64,000 bases of DNA, filler included, from Asterionella formosa (GCA_002256025.1; 15 parts of 15 records of this genome joined end to end with filler, not necessarily neighbours in it); one strand, 5' to 3'. Positions 49,405 through 63,014 are shown, counted from the whole stretch's first letter. Translations and numbers: made by a program. The notes: generated from the sequence alone by a model not told the origin.

Positions 49405-50779
49405 ATATCGGAACAGTCATTGAAGTTTTACTATCAAGTTTAGCCGGAGCCGGTCACAAGACAAAGTATGTCCGTTGCGATGACGCAGGCGAGAATACTA
49501 AACAATTGAGAAAGGTATGTGAAAATCGCGGTATAAAAATGGAATTTACTGCCCCGCACACTCCACAACACAATGGTGTAGCGGAACGCGGTTTTGTCAT
49601 TGTGCGACAGAGGGCACTAGCAATGATGCTAAGTGCGAAACTAACAGATGAGTACCAAGGGCTATTATGGGCAGAGGCGGTACATACAGCTACACGTTTA
49701 ACAAATAGTACAGTTAACTCAGTAACTAAAAGAAGTCCCGACGACATGTTCTACGGCGAAATGAATCCAAGAAGGCCCTACAAGTTATACAAGCAATTTG
49801 GGCGCGTAGGATGGGTTACTGCAAGACACAGCATTAAGAAATTAGACGCACGTTCTTTCAAGTGTGTCTTTTTGGGTTATTCGGAGGACCACTCCCAAGA
49901 TACGTATCGTATGTATAATCATGAGACTAACACTGTAATCAATACACGCGATGTTAAGTGGAGTGATTGGCATGGAACAAACGCACCTACGGACGGACTA
50001 GGAAAAATCTACAAGGACAATGCTAAAGAGAAAGTAACAGTTCAACCAGAAGCTGAAGTCAATAATGATGGATTAGATGATGAAATTTCTGACCTAGAAA
50101 AGAGAAATGTTTTGAAGCAACAGGCAAAGTTGGAACGAGAAATGAAGAAGTTGGACTCATCGTACAATCCAACTAAAAATGTTAAATTCCCTCCAGACAC
50201 TTCACTACCAAATGTGATTGAGGAGGAAGCTTCTTCGAATAAGGAAACTGAAGTAAATTTCGTATTCAATGCAAGTCTTGCATCGGACCCAGGTTTACCA
50301 AATAGTTATGATGAGGCAATGATAAGACCTGATCGCAAAGAGTGGATGAAAGCTATAAAGAAAGAATTTGAAAACTTCCAAGCAAGAAGAGTATGGAAAA
50401 TAGTTAAGAGAAATGACGTGAACAAGAGAGCTCTTAAGACAAGATGGGTCTTCCGTATTAAGGAGGACGTGATAACTGGAAAGACAGTATACAAGGCACG
50501 GTTGGTTGTAAAGGGATATGAACAGATCCCGGGAGTTGATTTTACTGAAACATTCGCTCCTGTTGCAAGTGATGCTACAATAAAAACTGTTCTGGCTGTT
50601 ACTTTGTACTACGGTTGGATAGCGGAAGCAATTGACGTTGAAGCAGCGTTTCTAAATGCTGACGTCGACGAAGACATTTATATTGAGCCCCCAGAAGGAT
50701 TGACAGGGATCGATCAGAATATACATATCTGCAAATTAATTAAGGCTATGTATGGAATTGTACAAGCTCCAAGATGCTG
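49405..50779 (+). mobile_element. Ty1/Copia pol fragment (integrase core then RT start)
   Basis: RCDDAGE, PHTPQHNGVAER, LWAEA, KARLVVKGYEQIPGVDF, DVEAAFL; IN-before-RT order. Confidence 0.95.
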
Positions 50780-51005
50780 NNNNNNNNNNNNNNNNNNNNN
50801 NNNNNNNNNNNNNNNNNNNNNNNTTAATTAATTAANNNNNNNNNNNNNNNNNNNNNNNNNNNNNNNNNNNNNNNNNNNNTTGTCAATGTATGTATTCATA
50901 TAACCCGTAGATTATAGGATAACTCCAAGTTCTTCACTTTGCTTGCTATATTCCCTCAATAATCAGGACAAGAAGTATAACAACCAATTATCTTTGGGTA
51001 CCAGG

Positions 51006-52253
51006 TGAAGTATCTAACTAGAAGTAGTAGTATTTGTTGAATATATGAGCTTATTAATTAATCCTTATGTATAACTCATTTCCTGAACTGACATCAAAAG
51101 TATAGAATGGGTGTTAGTCGAGTTCTCTCATTATTGAATTCCGATATATTTGACATAACCCCAACTCTATATATATCTGTATCGATGTGCAGGATTGCTC
51201 ACTCTCCCACACTTGAGGGAAAACCTTTTACCTATGAAAAGGTTTGATACGACGAATATTAATTCGTTCGGTAATATGCATAGTGCGTTGAAAAGTAACT
51301 GTACCATTGGCATGTACTTGAATAATAGTATAAGGACCTCGTCCACGATCATCCAAAGTAGTAGGATTATCCAATAATATTAAAATCTCGTCACCCACTT
51401 TGTAATCATAAGATCGACGACGGAAATTTGCACGACGTAAACGTTCGTCAATTATCACCTGTCGACGTTGATGTATTAATTGTAAATCTGTAATCAAAGG
51501 AATATTTAATATCATATCACGTTGGAAAACCCATGCTCCTGGTGAAATACGTAATATACTATGAATAGTAGCTCGAGCTGCATATGACGCAGCTGCAAAA
51601 CATGTATCCACAATATTTTGGGCTTGAAATTCATTGATTGGAGGATGAGCCTTTAACATAACTCGTAGACTATTGCTGATAGATTGATGGAAACGTTCAC
51701 AGATAGCATTTGCTTGTGGATTCTTTACTGTGGTAGTCACATCTTTGATTCCATTCAATACTAACATGTGTAAGAAAGGAGCACCAGTAAATTCACCTCC
51801 ATTGTCATGTATACAACGTTCTGGACGGGGATATCTGGCTAACCAATCATTTTCAAATTTCATTGCAATATATTCTGATGTTTTATTGATGATACGTGAA
51901 ATTTCTGCTAAATTGGTGACTGTGTCAATACAAGTTAGAGCACGAAATTCAATCGTTTGAGCAGCCACTGTTATCTTCCATGGACCAATTAGATCTACTG
52001 CGACTTCTGACCATGGTAATAATAATGCATTCCTGGGTGGAAGTTCACCAAAACCAGTACCAGGTAATTTTGTACGTTGACATGCTTCACATACTCTTAC
52101 AATATGTTCCACTCTTGTTTTTAATATAGGGTGATAAAAATGTGTAGCAATTGTAGCATTTAATCTTGTCATACCCACATGAGCTAACATCTGATGATAC
52201 CAATTAATAATAGGATCCAATAATGATGTAGGAATAGCAATACGCCAAGTATC
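51006..52253 (-). mobile_element. Gypsy 3' end, copy 1: integrase (stop 51228) + 196-bp LTR (51006-51201)
   Basis: HHCC finger, D(VDLIG)-D(HDNGGEF)-E(ERFH), GPY motif; PPT gggagag then TGAG...TTCA. Confidence 0.92.
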
Positions 52254-53416
52254 NNNNNNNNNNNNNNNNNNNNNNNNNNNNNNNNNNNNNNNNNNNNTTA
52301 ATTAATTAANNNNNNNNNNNNNNNNNNNNNNNNNNNNNNNNNNNNNNNNNNNNCGGCTCTGCGTCGCGATGGTAACTTCGCGGAGGGCCTTCGTACCGCA
52401 TCATCGGAGGATGAGAAGGCGACTGGCCGTGAGGAGGCGGATACGGGTGAACCCACATTGTCAGCTGACAAAGGATGGCAGAGTGACAATATTACAGCTG
52501 CCAGGAATTGATTGTAGAAACAGATTGTTACACAAGATTTACAATCAAAGGAAGAATGGTCAAACTCAAAAGTTTAACACAAGTGACGATTTGGTGTGTC
52601 GGGCTGGTGTTGATCTTATACAAACGTGTATACGTTTACTTAAGGACACCCTCCGCAAGTCGGTCATATATTTGTCTACAAATTTGTATAGAATCATTCT
52701 AATTTTAAACTGTATTGGCTTCCTTGTTCATACCAGGTCCAACGTGAATTTCGGCAAATACCCATTCTCTCATCATCCGCATGGCGAGCTGCCAAAATTG
52801 TCGAGGACGTGGCTGGCGCTTCCCGCCAGTTCCAGCTATTCATTGGCACACCAACTGATTAAATCTAAATTATACAACCGCAATATATCTAGAAGGTCCA
52901 GCACTCCTACCCACATACAAAAGAAACAGAAGAGGGTTGCCGCCCTTTCGGCGGACGCTCGGCGTTTGGATACTACACATAACGTCATCCTTGAATATTT
53001 TAAATTTCCAATAATTCCATTTTTTCGTCGCTTTAGAAAACCGTTGATATTCTCTTTGACGAAAAGACTGGATTCATTTTTAAGAATACAACGTTGTTCC
53101 CCCAAAATCCCGGGACCAGAACAAACCATCTACTACCGCTATACTACTTATTACTATACAGAGCTGATTACCGGGAGGAACATCGCTCGCGTGCTTGCCT
53201 GACCAGGGCACTTACCGCACATATAACGTGTCCTTGGAGTGAGCAGCAATCATGTCCCTCCCTTGATTTGGCACTATCTATTTTTCTATATATTATTCTG
53301 GGTACCAGCGTACGGTACTAGTATCGCCTACATTCATACATATGTCATGAACACCATGATATTACCCAGATATCATACAACCTGGTTCCCTCATGCACAT
53401 GCCCGTATACCGTATA

Positions 53417-53500
53417 CTTCATTGTCCTGGACCCCCCAATGTACACTGCCGTGACTGAATTTGACTGATTTTACTTAAGGGGGGGCCCAGGACAATGAAG
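53417..53500. repeat. 21-bp inverted repeat with 42-bp spacer
   Basis: CTTCATTGTCCTGGACCCCCC / GGGGGGCCCAGGACAATGAAG, one mismatch. Confidence 0.85.
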
Positions 53501-53952
53501 AGATTTCCCTTATAATGGACCTAAGTAAATATCTTTAGTTCTACAGGATAGCGCACATTTTTCTAAGATGTATTAATATGACAATTATTTCCATCTTGTG
53601 AAAAATGAGAGAGTTCTTCACCTCGCAAGAAAAACGCGACTTCATGTTGTTATCGGCGATCTCAATTTCGTTGTCATTATTAGTGTTATTACTTTACTTC
53701 TTTTACGATTGTATTTTCCATGTCGTNNNNNNNNNNNNNNNNNNNNNNNNNNNNNNNNNNNNNNNNNNNNTTAATTAATTAANNNNNNNNNNNNNNNNNN
53801 NNNNNNNNNNNNNNNNNNNNNNNNNNCAATCTCACCTTGTTTGTACAAGACGTGTTATTGCATACTCAACATCACCTACAGGTACCGGTACCAACATCAC
53901 CTTGCTTGTTTGTATGAGAAGAACGTGTGATTGTTGCGTACCAGGTACCTGG

Positions 53953-55200
53953 TGAAGTATCTAACTAGAAGTAGTAGTATTTGTTGAATATATGAGCTTA
54001 TTAATTAATCCTTATGTATAACTCATTTCCTGAACTGACATCAAAAGTATAGAATGGGTGTTAGTCGAGTTCTCTCATTATTGAATTCCGATATATTTGA
54101 CATAACCCCAACTCTATATATATCTGTATCGATGTGCAGGATTGCTCACTCTCCCACACTTGAGGGAAAACCTTTTACCTATGAAAAGGTTTGATACGAC
54201 GAATATTAATTCGTTCGGTAATATGCATAGTGCGTTGAAAAGTAACTGTACCATTGGCATGTACTTGAATAATAGTATAAGGACCTCGTCCACGATCATC
54301 CAAAGTAGTAGGATTATCCAATAATATTAAAATCTCGTCACCCACTTTGTAATCATAAGATCGACGACGGAAATTTGCACGACGTAAACGTTCGTCAATT
54401 ATCACCTGTCGACGTTGATGTATTAATTGTAAATCTGTAATCAAAGGAATATTTAATATCATATCACGTTGGAAAACCCATGCTCCTGGTGAAATACGTA
54501 ATATACTATGAATAGTAGCTCGAGCTGCATATGACGCAGCTGCAAAACATGTATCCACAATATTTTGGGCTTGAAATTCATTGATTGGAGGATGAGCCTT
54601 TAACATAACTCGTAGACTATTGCTGATAGATTGATGGAAACGTTCACAGATAGCATTTGCTTGTGGATTCTTTACTGTGGTAGTCACATCTTTGATTCCA
54701 TTCAATACTAACATGTGTAAGAAAGGAGCACCAGTAAATTCACCTCCATTGTCATGTATACAACGTTCTGGACGGGGATATCTGGCTAACCAATCATTTT
54801 CAAATTTCATTGCAATATATTCTGATGTTTTATTGATGATACGTGAAATTTCTGCTAAATTGGTGACTGTGTCAATACAAGTTAGAGCACGAAATTCAAT
54901 CGTTTGAGCAGCCACTGTTATCTTCCATGGACCAATTAGATCTACTGCGACTTCTGACCATGGTAATAATAATGCATTCCTGGGTGGAAGTTCACCAAAA
55001 CCAGTACCAGGTAATTTTGTACGTTGACATGCTTCACATACTCTTACAATATGTTCCACTCTTGTTTTTAATATAGGGTGATAAAAATGTGTAGCAATTG
55101 TAGCATTTAATCTTGTCATACCCACATGAGCTAACATCTGATGATACCAATTAATAATAGGATCCAATAATGATGTAGGAATAGCAATACGCCAAGTATC
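53953..55200 (-). mobile_element. Gypsy 3' end, copy 2 (LTR 53953-54148)
   Basis: Same sequence as copy 1 by eye, different flank. Confidence 0.92.
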
Positions 55201-55638
55201 NNNNNNNNNNNNNNNNNNNNNNNNNNNNNNNNNNNNNNNNNNNNTTAATTAATTAANNNNNNNNNNNNNNNNNNNNNNNNNNNNNNNNNNNNNNNNNNNN
55301 GCGCTCTTGAGGAACGTCATTGTCAGCAATAGTTGCTCTGTTTTCGTCGAGCAGCAATAGACCTACTCGCTGTTGGTGCAAAACTCCAACCGTCAATGCG
55401 AACAGCAGAAGCTGAGCAACACGAGCATAAGAGGGAGCATGATTTTGCTTTGGTCCCATCATCGTTTGTAAGAATATTCGATAATCTCTGTTCAAATATT
55501 CCGTACTCCTTCCCGCGGGTTGGGTCTCTCTTCACGTAGACTCTTACGTGATCGTAGTACTACCTAGTACCACTTTCTTTCTCTCTTGTCTCTGCTTCTA
55601 GCCTTCCTGCTAGATACCGGTAGACTAATTGACCTTAC

Positions 55639-56674
55639 TGTCAATTAACACACTGTTTCCTCGGTTGATAATCTAAATCTCAAATTAAATTATAAGCTAA
55701 ACTAAATGTTTCCTTTCCATGCATCTTTGCTTCCTGCAAAGTCGTTCTAAGACTCTCTTCGAGTTTCCACTTAACATTTCCTTAGAAATCTTCAATCTCT
55801 GATCTCGTTAGACAGCTGATTGACGTGGCAATGCAATATTCGACTCGTTCGATTACAATCGAGTCCACAATCCTTGTGACTCGGGCTAATATTCTTGACA
55901 TCCTCCCCATTGCCACGCTCAAGAGGCTGTAACATCGTTCCACTCTGAACTGGTTCGGACAATCTCGTATGAATCTGTTCCTTCACGTTCTTGGTCATAA
56001 TGTCCGCAAAATTATCTTCCGACCTTATAAAAATGACTTCCAATTCTTCATCCTCAATCATGTCCTTTACATGATGATACTTAATATCAATATGTTTTGT
56101 CCTGGTTCCGATTTGCTGATTCTTCGCGATAAAAATAGCTCCTGTATTGTCTTCTCGTAGGATACTTGGTAACATGACCTTACCACCAGTAACCTCATTC
56201 AGTAGCATTGCTATAAACTTGATCTCTTGTCCACACTGGGACATCGCCACATATTCGGCTTCCGTACTGGACAGCGTAACCGTTTGTTGTCCCTTCGACT
56301 GCCAACTGATAAGTGCCCCGCCAATAGTAACAAGATAGCCAGTCGTGCTCTTACTGTTAACCTTATTAGCAGCCCAGTCACTGTCCACGTAGGCAATGAC
56401 TCTTAACTCTTTTGGCTTACGCAACTTGAGAACTCTATCCTCCATATTGGATAGGTAACCAATGACTCTTGCCACTGCATGCCATTGTTCTTCACCTGGG
56501 CAACTTAAATGAGCCGATAGTTCCCGAACCGCATTCGCACAGTCCGGCGAATCCTTCTTTGTAGACCATAGTAACTTGCCCACAATTTTTCGATATTCTC
56601 CTTCCATAATGACTTCACCGTCATTCTTGTTCAATGTCTTTCCTGGTACACCCGGCGTTGCGTACGACTTAATT
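55639..56674 (-). mobile_element. Ty1/Copia 3' end: RT/RNase H (stop 55792), PPT and putative 3' LTR 55639-55900
   Basis: YVDSDWA, LSSTEAEY, EDNTGA, RTKHIDIKYH, ADIMTK; minus strand GGGGAGGA|TGTCAA...TTGACA. Distal LTR boundary tentative. Confidence 0.85.
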
Positions 56675-56774
56675 NNNNNNNNNNNNNNNNNNNNNNNNNN
56701 NNNNNNNNNNNNNNNNNNTTAATTAATTAANNNNNNNNNNNNNNNNNNNNNNNNNNNNNNNNNNNNNNNNNNNN

Positions 56775-58022
56775 GATACTTGGCGTATTGCTATTCCTAC
56801 ATCATTATTGGATCCTATTATTAATTGGTATCATCAGATGTTAGCTCATGTGGGTATGACAAGATTAAATGCTACAATTGCTACACATTTTTATCACCCT
56901 ATATTAAAAACAAGAGTGGAACATATTGTAAGAGTATGTGAAGCATGTCAACGTACAAAATTACCTGGTACTGGTTTTGGTGAACTTCCACCCAGGAATG
57001 CATTATTATTACCATGGTCAGAAGTCGCAGTAGATCTAATTGGTCCATGGAAGATAACAGTGGCTGCTCAAACGATTGAATTTCGTGCTCTAACTTGTAT
57101 TGACACAGTCACCAATTTAGCAGAAATTTCACGTATCATCAATAAAACATCAGAATATATTGCAATGAAATTTGAAAATGATTGGTTAGCCAGATATCCC
57201 CGTCCAGAACGTTGTATACATGACAATGGAGGTGAATTTACTGGTGCTCCTTTCTTACACATGTTAGTATTGAATGGAATCAAAGATGTGACTACCACAG
57301 TAAAGAATCCACAAGCAAATGCTATCTGTGAACGTTTCCATCAATCTATCAGCAATAGTCTACGAGTTATGTTAAAGGCTCATCCTCCAATCAATGAATT
57401 TCAAGCCCAAAATATTGTGGATACATGTTTTGCAGCTGCGTCATATGCAGCTCGAGCTACTATTCATAGTATATTACGTATTTCACCAGGAGCATGGGTT
57501 TTCCAACGTGATATGATATTAAATATTCCTTTGATTACAGATTTACAATTAATACATCAACGTCGACAGGTGATAATTGACGAACGTTTACGTCGTGCAA
57601 ATTTCCGTCGTCGATCTTATGATTACAAAGTGGGTGACGAGATTTTAATATTATTGGATAATCCTACTACTTTGGATGATCGTGGACGAGGTCCTTATAC
57701 TATTATTCAAGTACATGCCAATGGTACAGTTACTTTTCAACGCACTATGCATATTACCGAACGAATTAATATTCGTCGTATCAAACCTTTTCATAGGTAA
57801 AAGGTTTTCCCTCAAGTGTGGGAGAGTGAGCAATCCTGCACATCGATACAGATATATATAGAGTTGGGGTTATGTCAAATATATCGGAATTCAATAATGA
57901 GAGAACTCGACTAACACCCATTCTATACTTTTGATGTCAGTTCAGGAAATGAGTTATACATAAGGATTAATTAATAAGCTCATATATTCAACAAATACTA
58001 CTACTTCTAGTTAGATACTTCA
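56775..58022 (+). mobile_element. Gypsy 3' end, copy 3 (LTR 57827-58022)
   Basis: Reverse complement of copies 1 and 2, different flank. Confidence 0.92.
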
Positions 58023-60280
58023 CCATGTACCACCCTGGTACAATTGACTTCATGTCAGTATATGGTTTTTAGCAAATAGCTACAAGCATGTACCGGTATG
58101 TTCTTGGAACATGATGATTGCCGGTTTGGTAGTAGTATCATGGTAACANNNNNNNNNNNNNNNNNNNNNNNNNNNNNNNNNNNNNNNNNNNNTTAATTAA
58201 TTAANNNNNNNNNNNNNNNNNNNNNNNNNNNNNNNNNNNNNNNNNNNNTCTACCATAAGCCGAAATCGACTTCGCATCGCTTGTTGAAGGCAATCGTGTT
58301 ATGTCGAGAGAACGCGCGTGCCTGGTGTCAATTTTCTAACACAAAATCGTAAATAAATAGTTGAAGTTGAAGACACTTCCATGACGTATCAAGAAAATAA
58401 GCGTGACTGGTGTCAATTTTAACAAAAGATCGTCTTCGCATTCTTGCTAAATGCAGTCCTGTGATGTATCAAGAATACAACCACCCTTTCAAGCGTAAAT
58501 TTGTACATGATAATTTTATACTCAGTGGCAATGACAGGGCACATGCATCTTAATGCAACCGACCACGCATGGAATATGAAACAACAGTCAAACATAAGGT
58601 TCATGGAGTTAACATTACTAACACTACTAACCTTGTTCCTGTTCGGAATCCGGTTCCTGTTCCTCTCCTGTCGTAGAAATTCTACGCGGAGCAAATTATC
58701 ATACTAACACAGCTAACTCTATTCATGTTATTTCTTCCGTGCATGTTTTATACAAGCAAATCCATGGGTTAACCCTATGATGATGTCTGGTTAGGGTACT
58801 GTGCCGAGGGCCATACCTGCCGACTATTATGAATCTGCCCAGGAAATTTTAGTGGTCATGAACCCTCCTGTTGGTCAGTTAGTGGCCGATGTGCCTAATA
58901 AAAAACCAGCAGAATGCTGAATATATCGCCTTAACAGAATTATGTGCGACAATAGCAACAATGCTATGATTTTAATAATATACATATATATATATATATA
59001 TTTATGAGCGACAGCACATTGAATATGTCTTACGTCAATCATTACCTGAATAACTTTTGTTATTTACAGGATAATTACAGGTTGGATATCACCGCTATTG
59101 TAACACGGGATATTTTAAAATGCAAAGGTAGATTCAATATATCATTCCATATGCACATCTCAAGACCTGATTCCGGTCTCATTCTTTCTTTGCCTATGAA
59201 TGCATAAGCTTAATTGCATTTCATTCTCATGTCATAAGCAACCCAAGCATTGGTGGCTGCGTTGTATATGCATGACAAAAGATGAATATTATTTGATCAC
59301 GGTGGGTCCTGATCTTTAACTTATGAATGGATTGCACTTCAGGACATTTCGTTGTAAATCGAACATTTATAATTAATATATACCATGCATAGCAGGTATG
59401 ATCCCACTTTTTCTTCCTTTGCCAGTACTCAGCATGATGCTCTCAAAATTTAATCTGTCAGCTTGTATCTTGCAACAGAAGTACCTGGTCTTAGTACCTT
59501 CTGCGAGTTCGCTCATTTATCCAGCTGATTATTTTATGACGGATAATTTACAAATACCATGTCCTGTCTGTATGGTGGATATATCAGTGTTTTTCTGCAT
59601 GTCATGCATTCCTATAATGATANNNNNNNNNNNNNNNNNNNNNNNNNNNNNNNNNNNNNNNNNNNNTTAATTAATTAANNNNNNNNNNNNNNNNNNNNNN
59701 NNNNNNNNNNNNNNNNNNNNNNGCTTTCTATTTCTTGATTGGCCCTCCTCTCTGCTCTCTTTTCCCTTTACTGTTCTACACATGATAACAAAAATAGTCT
59801 CCCCCTATACCAGCACCTTCCATTGCTCCTACCCAGCCATGCCATTTCCAATCGCTTAAGCATCAACATATATTTTTGTCAGTCTCACCACCTCTGTATG
59901 TTGTTGCTTAGTAGGGGGATTGTGATCTTGGACAGCTTCCATATTCTTCATGATCACTTATCACAGGAACACTTTTACAGATACTAGGTGAGTTATGCAA
60001 CATGGCAGCTGATAAGTGGAAAGGGGAGAGATATCATTGAACCGCCACAGAAACCAAGAATTGATGAGAAAATGCTTTGCACACATTGAACACTTAAAGA
60101 TTGATGCTACAGCAAACCTGGACACTCTTTTGACCACACCTTGGTTAACAGCTTGAATGAAGGGGAGTAGCATAGAAATATTACAACGTACATCCAGTAA
60201 AGTCATTCAATAGCAAACAGGCACGGTATGGTGGCAGTATGTATGACCAATACATATTTATGTATGGTCAAGCAATCTAT

Positions 60281-60343
60281 GGGGGAATGGCTAAGTGGCT
60301 AGCACACCTCATGAGGTGGCGGGTTCGATTCCTGCATTCTCCA
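60281..60343 (+). ncRNA. tRNA-like sequence (pseudo-tRNA or SINE head)
   Basis: A box TGGCTAAGTGG, B box GGTTCGATTCC, D stem GCTA/TAGC, T stem GCGGG/CCTGC, terminal pairing GGGGAAT/ATTCTCC; anticodon loop collapsed. Confidence 0.65.
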
Positions 60344-61199
60344 TCTGTTGTTCTTTTATGTAGTCCCTAGGGTTCCAGGGTGTGTGGGTGACAAGGAGAT
60401 TGGTCCCATTGTACCAGGTACCATATGGACAAATAAACCAGTGCTAATTGTGTCCATTTGTTTGTGCACAAGTGCAATTATTGGATAGCTTTAACATACA
60501 ATAAGATTTGATTGACAATCTTATGTTGAAGCAATCTATGAATTTTCAGCAGACAGCCAACTGCTACCAGCCAGCAGTAAAACCAACAGGATATGAAATT
60601 GATTAATAGAGCACACATTAGTAGAATTTGACATAAATGGTAAACGCTTTTCTCTGTGTCTGGCGACAATTGGGTTCGTCGTGATTTGAAACTCCAGCTG
60701 TTCATATAGTGATTTCCTTATCCTTTACTACAAAATATCAATTCTTTAAATCCTCATAATGTTCATGTGCGAACACGTAATATTGTATTTCCCGCGGTAT
60801 GTACTACCGGTTTATAATACTATTACCGGTAGGCAGAAGCCCTTTCTGTCTTCTTCATGATGACAACAACAACTCGTAGTTTATTTGTATTTAGTGCATA
60901 TTTCGTCACTGTTCAGAAAAGTTTGCATATTGCTTACAAGGGCTATTGAACCAGAAAGGAGCATGCTATTAAGGCTGCTATTATTCAGCCTGAGTTCCCT
61001 TTTCTCCGAGGCTTGGGTCTCGATCATTGGTCCAATAAAACAACGCAACCGAAACAGAAACTCCATTGCAATCAACCCCGTGATTATGGCAGCAANNNNN
61101 NNNNNNNNNNNNNNNNNNNNNNNNNNNNNNNNNNNNNNNTTAATTAATTAANNNNNNNNNNNNNNNNNNNNNNNNNNNNNNNNNNNNNNNNNNNNAGGT

Positions 61200-61293
61200 A
61201 TCTGCAGGTAATTGTGCTGAAACTAATAGTTTAGCTATCTTTATCCTATTTTAAATTGTTTGTTTATTCAGCCAAATGACCGCAACTTGCTGT
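61200..61293. mobile_element. Degenerate copy of the ~95-bp MITE, reverse orientation
   Basis: Ends ...CAAATGACCGCAACTTGCTG; internal TTTAGCTATCTTTATCC is the reverse complement of GGATAAAGATAGCTAAA in the 13685 copy. Confidence 0.7.
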
Positions 61294-61321
61294 TTCTGGC
61301 ACTCTGCAATGTACCTAGGTC

Positions 61322-62568
61322 TGAAGTATCTAACTAGAAGTAGTAGTATTTGTTGAATATATGAGCTTATTAATTAATCCTTATGTATAACTCATTTCCT
61401 GAACTGACATCAAAGTATAGAATGGGTGTTAGTCGAGTTCTCTCATTATTGAATTCCGATATATTTGACATAACCCCAACTCTATATATATCTGTATCGA
61501 TGTGCAGGATTGCTCACTCTCCCACACTTGAGGGAAAACCTTTTACCTATGAAAAGGTTTGATACGACGAATATTAATTCGTTCGGTAATATGCATAGTG
61601 CGTTGAAAAGTAACTGTACCATTGGCATGTACTTGAATAATAGTATAAGGACCTCGTCCACGATCATCCAAAGTAGTAGGATTATCCAATAATATTAAAA
61701 TCTCGTCACCCACTTTGTAATCATAAGATCGACGACGGAAATTTGCACGACGTAAACGTTCGTCAATTATCACCTGTCGACGTTGATGTATTAATTGTAA
61801 ATCTGTAATCAAAGGAATATTTAATATCATATCACGTTGGAAAACCCATGCTCCTGGTGAAATACGTAATATACTATGAATAGTAGCTCGAGCTGCATAT
61901 GACGCAGCTGCAAAACATGTATCCACAATATTTTGGGCTTGAAATTCATTGATTGGAGGATGAGCCTTTAACATAACTCGTAGACTATTGCTGATAGATT
62001 GATGGAAACGTTCACAGATAGCATTTGCTTGTGGATTCTTTACTGTGGTAGTCACATCTTTGATTCCATTCAATACTAACATGTGTAAGAAAGGAGCACC
62101 AGTAAATTCACCTCCATTGTCATGTATACAACGTTCTGGACGGGGATATCTGGCTAACCAATCATTTTCAAATTTCATTGCAATATATTCTGATGTTTTA
62201 TTGATGATACGTGAAATTTCTGCTAAATTGGTGACTGTGTCAATACAAGTTAGAGCACGAAATTCAATCGTTTGAGCAGCCACTGTTATCTTCCATGGAC
62301 CAATTAGATCTACTGCGACTTCTGACCATGGTAATAATAATGCATTCCTGGGTGGAAGTTCACCAAAACCAGTACCAGGTAATTTTGTACGTTGACATGC
62401 TTCACATACTCTTACAATATGTTCCACTCTTGTTTTTAATATAGGGTGATAAAAATGTGTAGCAATTGTAGCATTTAATCTTGTCATACCCACATGAGCT
62501 AACATCTGATGATACCAATTAATAATAGGATCCAATAATGATGTAGGAATAGCAATACGCCAAGTATC
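61322..62568 (-). mobile_element. Gypsy 3' end, copy 4 (LTR 61322-61516, 1-bp deletion)
   Basis: Identical protein; CAAAGT vs CAAAAGT in the LTR. Confidence 0.92.
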
Positions 62569-63014
62569 NNNNNNNNNNNNNNNNNNNNNNNNNNNNNNNN
62601 NNNNNNNNNNNNTTAATTAATTAANNNNNNNNNNNNNNNNNNNNNNNNNNNNNNNNNNNNNNNNNNNNCATGGCAGCGGAGAAGTATCTGTCGGCTTCAT
62701 GGTCCTCTTCGTCGAGCTCATCAGAGAGAGGAATGACTGGCAACTTTTGCAAATGAACGTCCTGGCGATCGTTCTAAGTGGGTAAGAAAGGATAAATGCA
62801 AGTAGTGCGGATATCACAATTAAGGGGTTGCTCTGGTCGTTATTGGTTGGAATCATGCAACACGCAGTAAATGTGCTATTGTGTCACAGGGGCCCATCAC
62901 ATCCTGTTCGAGGATATCGGTAGTATTGTTCTGCTTTGTCAGACAAGTTTCTGCATTCATTTCCGGCGTCGTAGCTATCTTGTGATACTGGTAAACTATT
63001 CTGGTTTGTATATA

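Noticed and set aside
52369..53202. 277-aa plus-strand ORF
   Set aside because: No recognisable motif and atypical composition; probably non-coding or TE-derived.
51006..62568. Tandem cluster of stand-alone integrase genes (Ginger-like transposon or integrase array)
   Set aside because: Each copy is a separate contig, the frame stays open up to the contig break (the listed start is not an ATG), and a PPT + TG..CA LTR follows, so these are Gypsy pol 3' ends.
22397..62668. Regularly spaced TTAATTAATTAA palindromes (~1474-bp period) resembling an array
   Set aside because: Artificial spacers between similar-length contigs; adjacency across them has no biological meaning.
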